Assembly: GCF_009834535.1 (NCBI RefSeq)
Contig: NC_045696.1
Span: 16,866,001-16,930,000, forward strand
Reading direction: 5' to 3'
Source of the DNA: Camelus ferus
Lineage: Eukaryota
DNA length: 64,000 nt
Part shown: positions 11,829-23,560 of the stretch, piece after piece
Layout: each line of letters opens with the position of its first letter
How positions within the stretch are numbered: the first letter of the stretch is position 1
Made by a program: the position numbers and the translations under genes
The notes under the pieces: model-generated
Database searches by the model: none
Seen by the model: the letters and a program-made list of their open reading frames with translations, nothing else
Told to the model about the DNA's origin: nothing

Positions 11829-12221
11829 TGTCTCAGTCCTTCAAACTACCGTAGCAAAATACCATAGACTACGTGGCTGATAAACAACAGATATTTATTT
11901 TTCACAGTACTGGACGCTGGAAGTCCAATTTCAAGGACACTGGAAGTCGCTGGAAGTCAAGGTCAAGGTGCTGGCAGATTTGTTCTTTGATGAGAGACTG
12001 CTCCCTGGTTTATAGAGGGCCATCCTTTTGCTGTGCCCTCATGGAAGAAGGATCAAGGGAGTTCTCTGGGAGTATCTTTTATAAGGACATTCATCCTATT
12101 TATAAGAGCACCACTCATGAGCTAATCACTTCCCTAAGGCTACACTTCCTAAGACCATCACCTTGGGTGTTAGGATTTACCAGATAACGTTTGGGGAGAC
12201 ATAAACATTCTATCTATAGCA
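11829..12221 (-). mobile_element. MaLR solo LTR (MLT1A-like)
   Basis: tgtctcagtcc...aaaataccatagact...atttatttttcacagtactgga..ctggaagtccaa; ends ggggagacataaacattctatctatagca. Confidence 0.9.
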
Positions 12222-13943
12222 TCCTGGTCTACAGAGAAGGAGAGGTAAATATTCCATCCATAGGGGATAACAGAGTGTCCCCCAAGATCATCCTTGTCAT
12301 GCAATAATTACTGGGAATGAGAAAAAACATGTCCTTGGGTTTACTTGTTTGCAGCATATTACGTTTAATTAGGACAAATGGTCAGCACACTCTTCTCCCT
12401 TTTTCTCTTTATGATCGTTAAGCATGCAGGTTTCTCTTGCCAGCACAACCCTGGCACACATGCATGACTAGAGTGATAGTTTTCTTAACTCCCCATCCAG
12501 CATCTGATCCACCGCCAGCCTCCTAAATTTAGATCAGGATGCTGCTTTAGAATTTGGCAAGTGTATCACACTCCCGCCATTATCTTACTGCCACAATTTC
12601 CCCCTTTATATTTAGAAGCACTTTTACTGTTAACTTGTTTATATAGCACTTTCTGAGATTATTTATCTTTTAGCAGCCTACAGCGTGAAGCTGAAAGATT
12701 AAGAAAAAAGTACTTATTTTTCATAGATGTAAAATGAAACAGTCTTATACAAACTTTGATTATTTCTAATAATCATTCACTAATTTTCATGCTGATCACT
12801 GTAAGAACTATGCCTATTGCTCCAATAACGACTTCCATTTTCAGATTCTGCTGGAGGAAAAAAAAATAACATTTTCAAGCATCTGTTCCATACGCACTTT
12901 TGATTTTCCATGTACATTTTGCACAATGTGACCTAAAATTATATTTAGAGATTTTCATTCGAAGAGGAAGATTGCTAACTAATTCATTAGATTTTAGCTA
13001 GAAACCCCTCTAAGTTTTTCCCCACTCTCTAGTGTATGTGCATTCTATGTGAAATGACATCTAAAATGTGCCTTCAAGCAGGACCATCATTTTTCTATTG
13101 TTGGGCTACTACCAAGGTGTTACTGCTACCACTTCACTCCGTAGTGTGCCAGGGAGAGTCATGGAACAACTATTGGACTCTGGCCTGACCTCACACAAAG
13201 TCACAGCCACCACTACTACATGCAGCATGTCTGTCTGACTCTATCTTTGCCAGACAGTGAACAAAATTAATATTTAAGTCTTAGGCACATAGCACATGAG
13301 TTGTTTTTCGTATTGCTTAATACTAACAATACTAAGAGTTAGAATTTGAAGATTAAATCAAGGGTTATGGTTTTCCTTGAAAAGTTTGAAGACAGATCAT
13401 TTGTGTTTTCTTTTTCTTTATAGTTCACGTTAATCCTAAGATCTGAGTTGCTTATGAGAAAATTGAGAATTAGTGAAGTATACTGTTGAAGCTGTTTTCT
13501 TCTTTCCAAAAGATAGAATTTTTAAAAATCACTGCTTCCAAGAGAATTCAGTTGGGAACTGCTATAGATTTTTTTTTTCTCTAAGAATAAGTTTGAAACA
13601 TCATATATATTTTTAATATATATTGTTCTCTGTATGATTTCCTTGCTGAAAAAAAAATTACCATGATGTTTGAAAGTGACTATGACATTTGCATTTCTAT
13701 TTCTTAAAAACACTAATAATGAAAGATATAACTTATTTAAAAAATTTTTAAATGTATTCCAAACTTGTCTATCTTTTAATCCTCCTAACAAGCTTATTGA
13801 GATAAGCCTAAGATGATGCGTCCTTTGTAGGTAAAGACACTGACTCAGAGATGATGAATCATAATTAAGACTGCACAGACTTGGTTTAGACTTTGGCTTA
13901 TGATTCCAAAACTAGTAAGTTTTAAAATTATTTCTCTTTAAAA

Positions 13944-14098
13944 TTTTTTTTATTGAAGTATAGTTAATTTACAATATCATATAGTTTCAGATTTATAACA
14001 TAGTGATTCAATATTTTATAGATTAAGCTCCATTAAAAGTTATTACAAAATAATGGCTATATTCCCCTGTGTTATACAATATACATTTTTAGTTTATT
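13944..14098 (-). mobile_element. L1 3' end (artiodactyl-type), truncated
   Basis: ttttttattgaagtatagttaatttacaatat...aaaagttattacaaaataatggctatattcccctgtg. Confidence 0.8.
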
Positions 14099-14239
14099 AC
14101 ACATACATGTCTTCAACTACCTTTCTACAGACATTGAATATAGCTGTTTCTAGGTTTTAGTGTATTCTCTGAACTGAGAAAAGAAATACAGTGCATTTCA
14201 CCTCACTTTTGTACCTTCTCTCAGTGATTTTCTTCTTCC

Positions 14240-14447
14240 ACATCATATCTTTGGAAACATCCAGGGCACATCTACAGAAATTCAGAGTAAACTGATCACG
14301 GCAGGAGCAGAGTACAAAAAAACTTCTTGACCCTAAATATCATAAGGTCTCTCAGACTCAATAACTCTAAACTGAATAAAGCCATAGCCTTCCCTATTTC
14401 AAAGATAATATTATAATTTATTCAGTTGCTTAAGCCAAGAACCTTGG
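14240..14447 (+). mobile_element. L2 fragment (5' part, interrupted by L1M)
   Basis: ctctcagactcaataactctaaactgaa...cagttgcttaagccaagaaccttgg is an L2-like motif. Confidence 0.55.
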
Positions 14448-15260
14448 CGAGGGGAGAGGGTAATGCTTGACTAGAGGAAACAGAGGAGAATTTTGGGATG
14501 ATGGAGAGAGTCTGTTTGGTACCCTAGTAGTGGATACCTGACATTTTGCATGTCTAAAAACCAGAGACCTTCACACCAGAAAAATTAAATCTAAGGCAAG
14601 CAAATTAAAAATAGAATCAACCAGAATATCAGGGGATACTGGGAAGGAATGTAGACTATGTTAAAATAATTAACTATATTGCAAATGAGTGACACATCTT
14701 CACTAAAGTGGCGAGGGGTAAAGGAGCTGACCTAAGTAACACTGGAACATGATATTTGGGCTGGAAATTACAGGATTAAAGACAAAAGGATTTGTATGTA
14801 AACACTCCACTGGTTGGTAAAACTGTTTCTCACAGAAGTACAGGTTAATAATTCTGAAACAGATGTACATGAATTCCAGGATTGAACAATAAATAAATGT
14901 ATGGCAGGTGGGGGATGACAGGTTTCTCACTGTTGGAAAGAGAGATTACAGATTAGCAAGGGCAAGAGGCTAGAATAAACCATGTGGTACTGGCTTAGAG
15001 TCAGAAACATCAGTACGCATTGAGGTTTAGCTTAGTATAGCTATAAATGGGAAGATACATAAATAATTATAGATAAGTATGTATGCATGAGTTAGTATAC
15101 GTACGTATGTTTTCTAGCTTTGTTTGCGGAAAGAACCTACAAGCATGACATCTCCATAGTAAAGAACACACTCAGTGTCTAGATCTTGGTTTCTAATTCC
15201 ATACTCCAGTAAAACGAAATAGGGCTCCTCGGAGAAATGACTGATTCTAGAGATGGGGCA
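14448..15260 (+). mobile_element. Old L1M 3' region (L1MC/L1MD-like)
   Basis: ggagctgacctaagtaac, caggtttctcactgttggaa, ggctagaataaaccatgtggtactgg, tagggctcctcggagaaatg.ctgattctag. Confidence 0.75.
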
Positions 15261-15269
15261 CTGGGGGTC

Positions 15270-15680
15270 AAGTCCTTCTGCTATAACCACATTGGAATTC
15301 TTTCTTTTATTCAGTATTACAATCCCAGCCTCCTTAGATCTTTACACTGGTCATTTTCTGCATCTATAATATTTTTGGATCATTTATAAAATGCACGCAT
15401 TAGAGTTAATATAATTTCCCCAAGGAGACCTTACCTAACACTGAACTCAAAATGACTCCTGGTTCGAGTCCATATTAGCAAAGTCTCTTATGTATTTTCA
15501 ATCCCTATCACATTCATCTAATTAAATTTTTAAAACTCAAGTTATTATTTGCTTTCCGGCTTCCATGCCAAGCTCCAGGGGAACAGGACCTGACTTTCTT
15601 GTTCATTGTTCTGTCATCAGTGCCAGAAGAAGGTCTGGTACTTAATTAAAAAAAAAAATCTTTGAATGAATGAATAAATG
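15270..15680 (+). mobile_element. L2 3' end
   Basis: aagctccaggggaacaggacctg..cttgttcattg...cagtgcc.gaa, ending tgaatgaatgaataaatg (L2 tail). Confidence 0.7.
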
Positions 15681-17224
15681 TTCAGAAAGAATTGATCTTA
15701 ACTTCACTGAAAGAACCAGAAGAGAAAGAGCTAATTCTTCTTTGTGGAAGGAATGAAAGAAAAGAAATAAAAGAAATGATAAAACAAAAATAACATTCAA
15801 AAAATTACATAATGAGTGAAAGTTCAACTGTTAACAGAATGTGGAGTTTCAGATTCCCTTCTCTAGGCTCCTGTTGACTCATAAGGCTTCATTTCAGAAT
15901 TATGCCGCAGCTCCAACTAGTAGTCAAGTATTTCCATATATAATGTGATGAAAATCCTCAAGAGACATATCTACATCGCTTCTTCAAGGATTTACCAGTC
16001 CTTCCTCAACTACTTTTCTATACCTTTGATTTTTGCTGAACTGGAGGACTAGTCATTTAAGTGAAGAAAGCAAACTTGAGCTGTAAACATGAAGCATGCT
16101 TTGTAACATCCAAATCTTGTTTTCATATTTTCCTTTTTTCAGTTTTACCCACTTCTCAATTGAATTCTTAGATACGTTTTAGAAAAAATGCTAATAAATA
16201 AAAACTATTTTTTAGCTGAAAGTTCTGAATAACACATAATTTGAGTACTGCTTTGTGTTTTATTTACTAAAGTAACATTTTGATGTTATGAGTAATTTGT
16301 TGAGTTGTAATTTTTCAGAAAATGCTATTATTCACGCATCTGCAAATAAAAACACATGCAGTCTCTGCTCAGCAGAATTATACACATGAAGCTCCCCTTT
16401 GTTATTTAGCAGTTCGGCATTTCTTGAAAAGCTAAAATGAAACTTCTTGCAACAAGCTATGACAGATGAAACTGGCTTTAGGAAATGCTTTATAAACAAG
16501 TCAAATCACGTTAGAACAGTGATCTTTAACTTTTTTCAAGATCTAGCTAATAACTCCTTTTCTTCAATTCAGTGAAATTCCACTCTAATGAAATAATTAT
16601 GAAGAACCCCAATAATTTGCCTAGTACCTTGAATCTTGTATAATTGAATTGTAAATCCATTTTAATGGAATTTACCCTTTGCACATCTTGACCCATCTCC
16701 TTCCTGAATTGGCTTCTTTTCCACTCGTATATATCAGCAACAAGATTTTAGAGATGTGAACGATTATGCAGTCCCTAGAGAGCAGGTACTGTGTAGGGGA
16801 AATTTAACTCAATTTTCTATCTCAAAGGCTCGGACAGTATTTTATTTCTAAATCTTCCAGTCCATTGGAAGTAGGTAATGAAAATTCATGTTAGAAAGAG
16901 GAAAACGTTTGCCTTGCAGCAAGAGTAAAACCTTTTAGGGATTTGCCAAATGTATACTTGGCTATGAAAATGTAGAAAAATAATAAAGTAGAGTTCAGAA
17001 CCATTCTTTGGTATCAGCTAAGTTGCCACACAGAAGAATTCAGAAGCTACACTCTACCTGTGCTTGAGAAGAACTAGGTTCTTACTTTAAACTGCAGTAG
17101 TGTGGCCAGAAAGTTATGTCCATCAAAGCCATCTTCACAAGGAAACAAGTCAGTGTTGTAGACTGTTGTGAATAATGCCAGTGAGGCCTTTATGAAATGA
17201 ATGCCTATAAGAAATTGTGTGGCA

Positions 17225-17410
17225 CATGGTAGAGTCTTATGAGATAAGAGTTCCTACAAAACAGACCTGTGTTTAAATCAGTGAAACTTTATCCATGTGT
17301 CCTGACAAGTTATTTAATACTTCTGAATTCCAATTTTATCCCAAGTAAAATTTGTATTAATAAACCCAACTTAAAGATGTGGTAGTAAATGAACCATGCA
17401 AGCACATTGT
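17225..17410 (+). mobile_element. MIR SINE
   Basis: cagacctgtgtttaaatc...gacaagttatttaatacttctga...gtaaaat. Confidence 0.55.
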
Positions 17411-19167
17411 TCCTGTGATTGAGGTGATTATCTCTAAGGTCACATGGAGTGTAATCTTCCTGAGCAATCTATACATATAGTTAACTTGTCTACTTAGATA
17501 TTTTAGTTTGTAGATTATCCACACTAGTATTGAATATCAGTGTAGCTTCATTATGAAAGTCAACATATTTCTAAGATACTTATTTTGTGTTCTATGGAAG
17601 ATAAGTGTTGTTAACTGTAGAATATTGCAATTGCATATCCCTGTTATAGTGTATACTTGAAAATTGTTACCGTTTATCTTTTATTGACTCTAATTTAATC
17701 ACATAAAGATGATATAAATATTAAATAAATCCTAACATATCTTGTGCCCATTAATTGGCACCACTATTGGTCAAAACCATTTGATCCACTAAACTTAAAT
17801 CAATCTGTAAAGTCTATTGGCCAGGGAAGAATGAAAAATGAAGACATAGCTCTGGACATGATAGCATATTTGATCTTATTCACCCTTTAGATTATTTATA
17901 TTTTTGATATGCTACTGTAAGGACAATCAAGAGTTGGTCTCTGCCCTGTTGATTTCATCAGCCACTACAGAGATCAGTTAGCTTGCTCAGGACAGTCATT
18001 GGCTCAGTGAGTTTAAAGTAAACACTGAAAGGTTAAGCACCTTTTCTTAATCAGATGCTTCTAGAATTTGAGGGCATGCCTTATCATTCACACATAAGAC
18101 AATCTACCAAATGCTGGTGTCACCTAAGGGATATTACAGAGACAGATGAGTAGTCTTCTTTAAGAAAGATGGCAGCTGGCCCACAGATGAGAGAGGAAAA
18201 AAGCCTGGAAGAAAAGGACCAAATGACTTGCCATTTGGGAACGAAAGCATGGGTAGTTCCACAGTCAATGTCTGAAAATTTGTTTTCAGGAAGAATTTAT
18301 TTTATGTATTCATTACTCATTACAATTTATATATTTATTAATTCCTTAGTTTATTAATTCATTCAAAATTAACCCCACTAAAACAATTTTAAGTATGTTT
18401 TTCTTCTGTTTATTGAAACTGTAATGAATGATAATTAGAATATTTCCTGAACATTAAGCACTACTTCAAAAACAAAGAAACAAATCCTGGAGGCTAGGAA
18501 AAATTCAAATTCTGAAGCCTTTCTTTAAATTTAGTTAGTATGCCTTTGTTCTGTAGGCTGACCTGATTCCAAATGCTACTAATTAATCAGCAAATGAAGT
18601 GGTAAATAGGTGTACTATTTTTTGTTCTAACTTTTAATTACTTACATGTAAAATGTGTGACTCTGGTCATAGTGGTATCTATTAAAATTTTAATTCCAGC
18701 TAAGTTAATGAGTACATGAGGAAGAATATGCTCACAAAATTATTATAATTGTTTTAAATGACCACATTTTGAGAATGCAAGGAAACAAGTGGTTAGTTCC
18801 CTGAAGAGAGAAATGAATGTACTGTAAGGAGCAAAATATACTTTAACATTTATAGCAATTCCTAGCTTTTATCACTCCAACTTCTCTGGAGTTACATCCA
18901 CATTCAACCTGATAGAAATAATCACTACACTAAATTGGCAATGAAGAAACAAAATATAACCATTTTTTAAGAGAAATTCAGTTCTACCTACCACATGCTT
19001 TAGGAAAAAAAAAATTGAGGGGTCTGTCTTTTTGAAGTTCTCTCATTAATTTTATCTTACATGCTCCAAGAAAGCACCACAAAAATTGACCTTTTAAAAG
19101 TTTAATTCTGTTTGAAAGATCTCTTAAAAAGAACTGTTAAATAATATTTAGAAAATGTTTAGAAAAC

Positions 19168-19746
19168 AGACTGCTTTAAGAGAACATTTTTGAGATGTAT
19201 GTGAGATAATGTTTTGCCTAAGTTTTCTTCTAGGAGGTTTATTGTATCTTGTCTTATGTTTAAGTCTTTGACCCATTTTGAGTTTATTTTTGCGTATGGT
19301 GTAAGGGAGTGTTCTAGCTTTATTGCTTTACATGCTGCTGTCCAGTTTTCCCAACACCATTTGCTGAAGAGACTGTCTTTATTCCATTGTGTATTCTTGC
19401 CTCCTTTGCCGAAGATTAGTTGACCAAAAGTTTGTGGGTTCATTTCTGGGCTCTCTATTCTGTTCTGTTGGTCCATATGTCTGTTTTTGTACCAATACCA
19501 TGCTTTCTTGATTATTGTAGCTCTATAGTATTGTCTGAAGTCTGGGAGAGTTATTCCTCCAGCCTCTTTCTTTTTCTTCAGTAATGTTTTGGCAATTCTA
19601 GGTCTTTTGTGGTTCCATATACATTTTATTATTATTTGTTCTAGTTCTGTGAAATATGTCCTGGGTAATTTGATAGGGATTGCATTAAATCTGTAGATTG
19701 CCTTGGGCAGTGTGACCTTTTTAACAGTATCGATTCTTTCAATCCA
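19168..19746 (-). mobile_element. Internal LINE-1 ORF2 fragment (post-RT region), young, with an open reading frame and no 3' UTR or poly(A)
   Basis: ORF 19159..19770(-) encodes [16 protein letters not shown]...[15 protein letters not shown]...[12 protein letters not shown]...[11 protein letters not shown], the canonical L1 ORF2p C-terminal region, with no stop across ~190 codons. Confidence 0.95.
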
Positions 19747-20309
19747 GCAGAATGTAAGATTTGGGGTCATCTCACATACAGATCTTTATTTTCCTTCACT
19801 GCTTTTTTATCTTCTCAATGTAGGATTCGAATATGCTGAGGAATATGCTAGCGTTGTCCTGGAGAGGTAGGACTGTGGGGTTGGAAACATTAGATGGAAT
19901 TAAGAAAAGCTGGATTTTGTAGCTTATAAACCATCAAACCATTTCAGGAAAGCCATAAGCACATATCACTTGTTGCCAAATTTGGAGACGGTACTTTATA
20001 CAGGCAGCATTTACCTCTTTCTTGTATCTTTCAGAACCCCTTTTCAATTTCTTTCTTCCTTGTGCTTCTGGATGTCCAGTGCTTCATAGCAAAAATAGAA
20101 GTGCCTGACTGCCAAAATCAACCAACATTTGCTCTACTCAATTTAAATTTCCCATATCCCGTTTCCGATTCTATTAATGTTAGTTTCATACTTTGGCATT
20201 TGGTTATTTTCAGCAATTCCAACTAAAGCATAGTCAACGGCAGAGACTGAATTCTTCATTCCTTTTTGTCTGGATATTTGGGATACTTCTCACTTGTGGG
20301 CCTGTTGGG

Positions 20310-20785
20310 ATGTCAATCTCCAGATCTTGATCTTGTTCTCCCCTGCAACAGGATTGGAAAGAGATCCAGGCTCATCCAATATAACTCTGCATCTCCACGA
20401 GTGAACGATTGCTTAACAAATGGGCATAACAGCTTAGCCAGGCCAGTGAAAATCTCCCTCTGCATTTTTCCACTGGGAATTGTGGAAAATGCTATCTATC
20501 TTCATTTTAGATCACTAGGTGGGAGGGTAGAATTAGAGGATTTGGGGATGTCATCTTTCCTGGTTGTGAGAAGAGCTTATCTGAAGCAGAGATGTATGAA
20601 AACATAAAAACAGAAGCAGAGACAACTTGAACTGAGCAACAGGATGAGAGCCATGGCAGCACTGTTTGAGCTCATCTCGCACCTGAAACAAGGATCCTTC
20701 CTGAACCTCTTAATAATCTGCACCAATAACATCACCATGTATGAGCTGATTTGAGTTGGGCTTGTGCCACTTACAGCAGAAAAAA
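20310..20785 (+). mobile_element. Old MaLR LTR (MLT1J/K-like)
   Basis: aatgggcat....agccaggccagtga, gaagcagagac, ending tttgagttgggcttgtgccacttacagc. Confidence 0.6.
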
Positions 20786-20889
20786 TTTCTGTTAAATCCA
20801 TAAGAAGTAAATAATCCAAACAACTCTATTGTTAATTAAAGTGACAGGATTACTCGGAAGCAATTTTTGTTGCCAATAATAAGTGTAGA

Positions 20890-21130
20890 ATATGGGTAAT
20901 GATATTTTATGTTAAATCAATGTGATGGACATAGAACTTTATATAGTTTTATATTGTAGTCATTACCTCATTGGATTCTCACAATAATACTTCAAGATAG
21001 ATAGATATAAGTATTTTTTACAGTTTACATATATAGGCCTTTAGTTCAATGAATTGCTCCTAATGACACAGATAATAAATAGTTGTGCTGAGGTTAGAAC
21101 TCAGGAATTTTGGTGTTAATTTCAGGTTTT
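20890..21130 (-). mobile_element. MIR SINE
   Basis: cattacctcattggattctcacaataa...aattgctcctaatgacacag...ttagaactcagg. Confidence 0.6.
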
Positions 21131-21529
21131 TTTGTGCTTATTGTCTATTCTGGCTTTCCCTGCCCTCACCATCTCTTTCTAATTTCCTGGAGGCATTGCA
21201 GTCATGCTTCATATTTCTACTGCCCTACACTTGTCCCTCCCCAACCTCCTCACCCTAAATGCTCATGTGTCTGTAAGTGGAGTCATAGTTCTGGCAGTGT
21301 GGATTGCTAGTGGGAATAGTGGACATTTGGAACTATGAATAAAAACCATGTGCTTTAATGATGCTTCCTGTACAATTTGTAAATACTTAGTTTCCTGATA
21401 CCCTGTAAACATGAAAAGGGAGGGTCTAAGGGAATATTATTTCTACTAATCTCTCACTGTGCCCACTTGTGAAGGTCATGGCCCTGTGCTTAACGATTTA
21501 GTAGACCTGAGAGATCAGTGATCTAAAGA

Positions 21530-21690
21530 TGTAATTCTCAAATGGTTGTCTGCCTCTAAATCCCCTGGAGGGCTGGCTGAAGCACTCTTAGAGTTTCTGA
21601 TTCTGTATGTCTGAGATGAAACCTGAGAATTTACATTTTGAACAAGGGTTTAGGTGATGCTAATGCTACTTGCCCTAGGCTCTGAGAATA
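21530..21690. mobile_element. MER5A hAT-Charlie DNA transposon remnant
   Basis: aatcccctggagggct...agagtttctgattc....gtctgagatgaaacctgagaatttacatttt.aacaag....aggtgatgctaatgct. Confidence 0.75.
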
Positions 21691-21914
21691 ATTTACTTGA
21701 GAATAACTTATTTTAAGTAGATAGAGGTAATCAAAGTTTACTGGATTTCCAAAGAATCTAACTTTTCCTTCTTTCTTTCTTCCTGCCCAGAATTCATGAC
21801 CAAAACCACTGGACACCTTACTCTTGCTTGCAGGGCAGTGGTTGATGTATTTTTGGTGTCAGATATTGAGATTTTGGGATACATGTATGCAAAGGAGTCA
21901 TGGCGGTCACCATG

Positions 21915-22148
21915 AGATAGTGGTTGAGATTAGGAGACTTAGAATGAGACAACTGCAAGTCTAAATCTTGGCTCTGATTTTTATAATTTCTGTGTTTTTA
22001 AACACATTAATCAAGTTCTTTCTTATGCCCCTTAAAGTAGGAATGATGGTATTAACTACCACTCTGTTTTGTGGTTCGCATAAATAGGATAATTAATGTA
22101 TTACACCAAACCCTGTGTCTAATACAGTTTGCATTGAATATATGATAT
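21915..22148 (+). mobile_element. MIR SINE
   Basis: tagtggttgag..., aaatcttggctctg, taaataggataattaatgta, ending ttgaatatatg. Confidence 0.6.
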
Positions 22149-22479
22149 TCATAATAATTTATCAAATTATTTAAAACGTACTTAGGCAAAGTCAAATATG
22201 ATTATTGGCAGTTTATGTGGGTATATCCAAACTGACTTCCAAATGAGTTTTGAAGCATCATGTGTTTATAATTTGATCACTGTGTGAGTAAATCATGTTT
22301 AAGCACTCTATAAGAAAAAATCTATAGTATTTTTCTCTTAGTCACAGACATAAAAGGGCAGGTGTAAGCATATTTGGTTGTTGCTTACTCTATTCTGAGT
22401 GTTTCTCCATAGAAACAAGACTTGATGGTGCCGCACAACTGATAATGTTAAAGATAAATGGTCTTTGGTGACAGCCTTT

Positions 22480-23560
22480 ATTACGCATAGAACAGTGATG
22501 CTCCCAAGGCTTGATCATGTTATTTACATGCTCCCTTATTCACCATTTGTACATTTATTTGCATCTACCTGAAACACTATTTCTACTTACCCCTTCTTGC
22601 TTAACTGATTCATATTCATTTTCTAGACTTCACTTTGGATTTTATTCTAAGTGTGAGTCAGAAAGAATCTTATATATTTCCTGACAAAGCATCTAGTATG
22701 ATCAATTTTAATTCTGTATTTTATTGTCTACATCCATTATTAGATTCAAAACTCCTTGGAAGTAGAGACCATCTGTAATTAATTTGTGCAATAAATATTT
22801 CCTGAGTATACTGTGTAATAGGATAGGTGCTAGGGATTCAGGAATGAATAAAACTCTATTTCTCTGTGATAACAAGAAGATCTATGAGTAGATGTAATAA
22901 TCGGATGGAACTTAATTTTGGACTGGAATTAAGGAAAGATCTTCCTTTCCTGTCATTCAAGTTGAACTTCAAAGATGATAAAGAACTAGTCACATGGAAA
23001 GTGCCGTGAAGTGCCTTTGAGGCTAGTATATATATCTATGAATAACCTAAGTTGGGAAAGAGCTTAGTGAATTCCAGAAAAGAAAGAAGCAAGTTTGACT
23101 GAACCATGGTGAGCAAGAATAATATTGGATGCAGAGTGAATCCGGAGATGTGATAGAAGCAACATGCAAATTCCTATAGGTGCTGTTAAAAACTTTGAAT
23201 GGTAGGAGCAAAACCAGAAGGTATTTTCTTATAGAATTAAAAATGAAAGAGTTTTTTTCCCCCTAAGGAGGATTAACTTCGTCAAATGCTGCTGAAGATC
23301 AAGAAGGATGAGGACTGGAATGGCCCCATTGGAATGAACATCATGGAAAACATTGGAATTTCATCAGCAGCAATTTTGATGATGTGGAATAACTAGAAAT
23401 CAATTTCACATGATTTGAGGAGTGAATGCAAAATCAGGAAGAAGAGACATAAAAAAACTCTGCCAAGAACCCCGATTCATTACAGAAATAGGATGCTAGC
23501 TGGGTGGGGGAGGGGGATCAAGGGTTAAAAAAGACTTTTGTGTGTTTGTTTGTTTGAAGT
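22480..23560. mobile_element. Two degenerate L2 pieces, tail to tail (+ strand to ~22775, - strand from ~22790)
   Basis: ttagattcaaaactccttggaagtagagacc is an L2 3' end on +. aataaatatttcctgagtatactgtgt...ggtgctagggattcag and tcaaatgctgctga....caagaaggatgaggactgga are L2 on -. Confidence 0.6.

Noticed and set aside
11560..12390. Possible ancient LTR surrounding the MLT1A (also ~8600-9060)
   Set aside because: Composition is suggestive, but I could not find diagnostic termini or motifs.
19159..19770. 203-aa ORF as a host gene
   Set aside because: It is L1 ORF2p sequence. The start codon comes from flanking DNA and there is no evidence of domestication.
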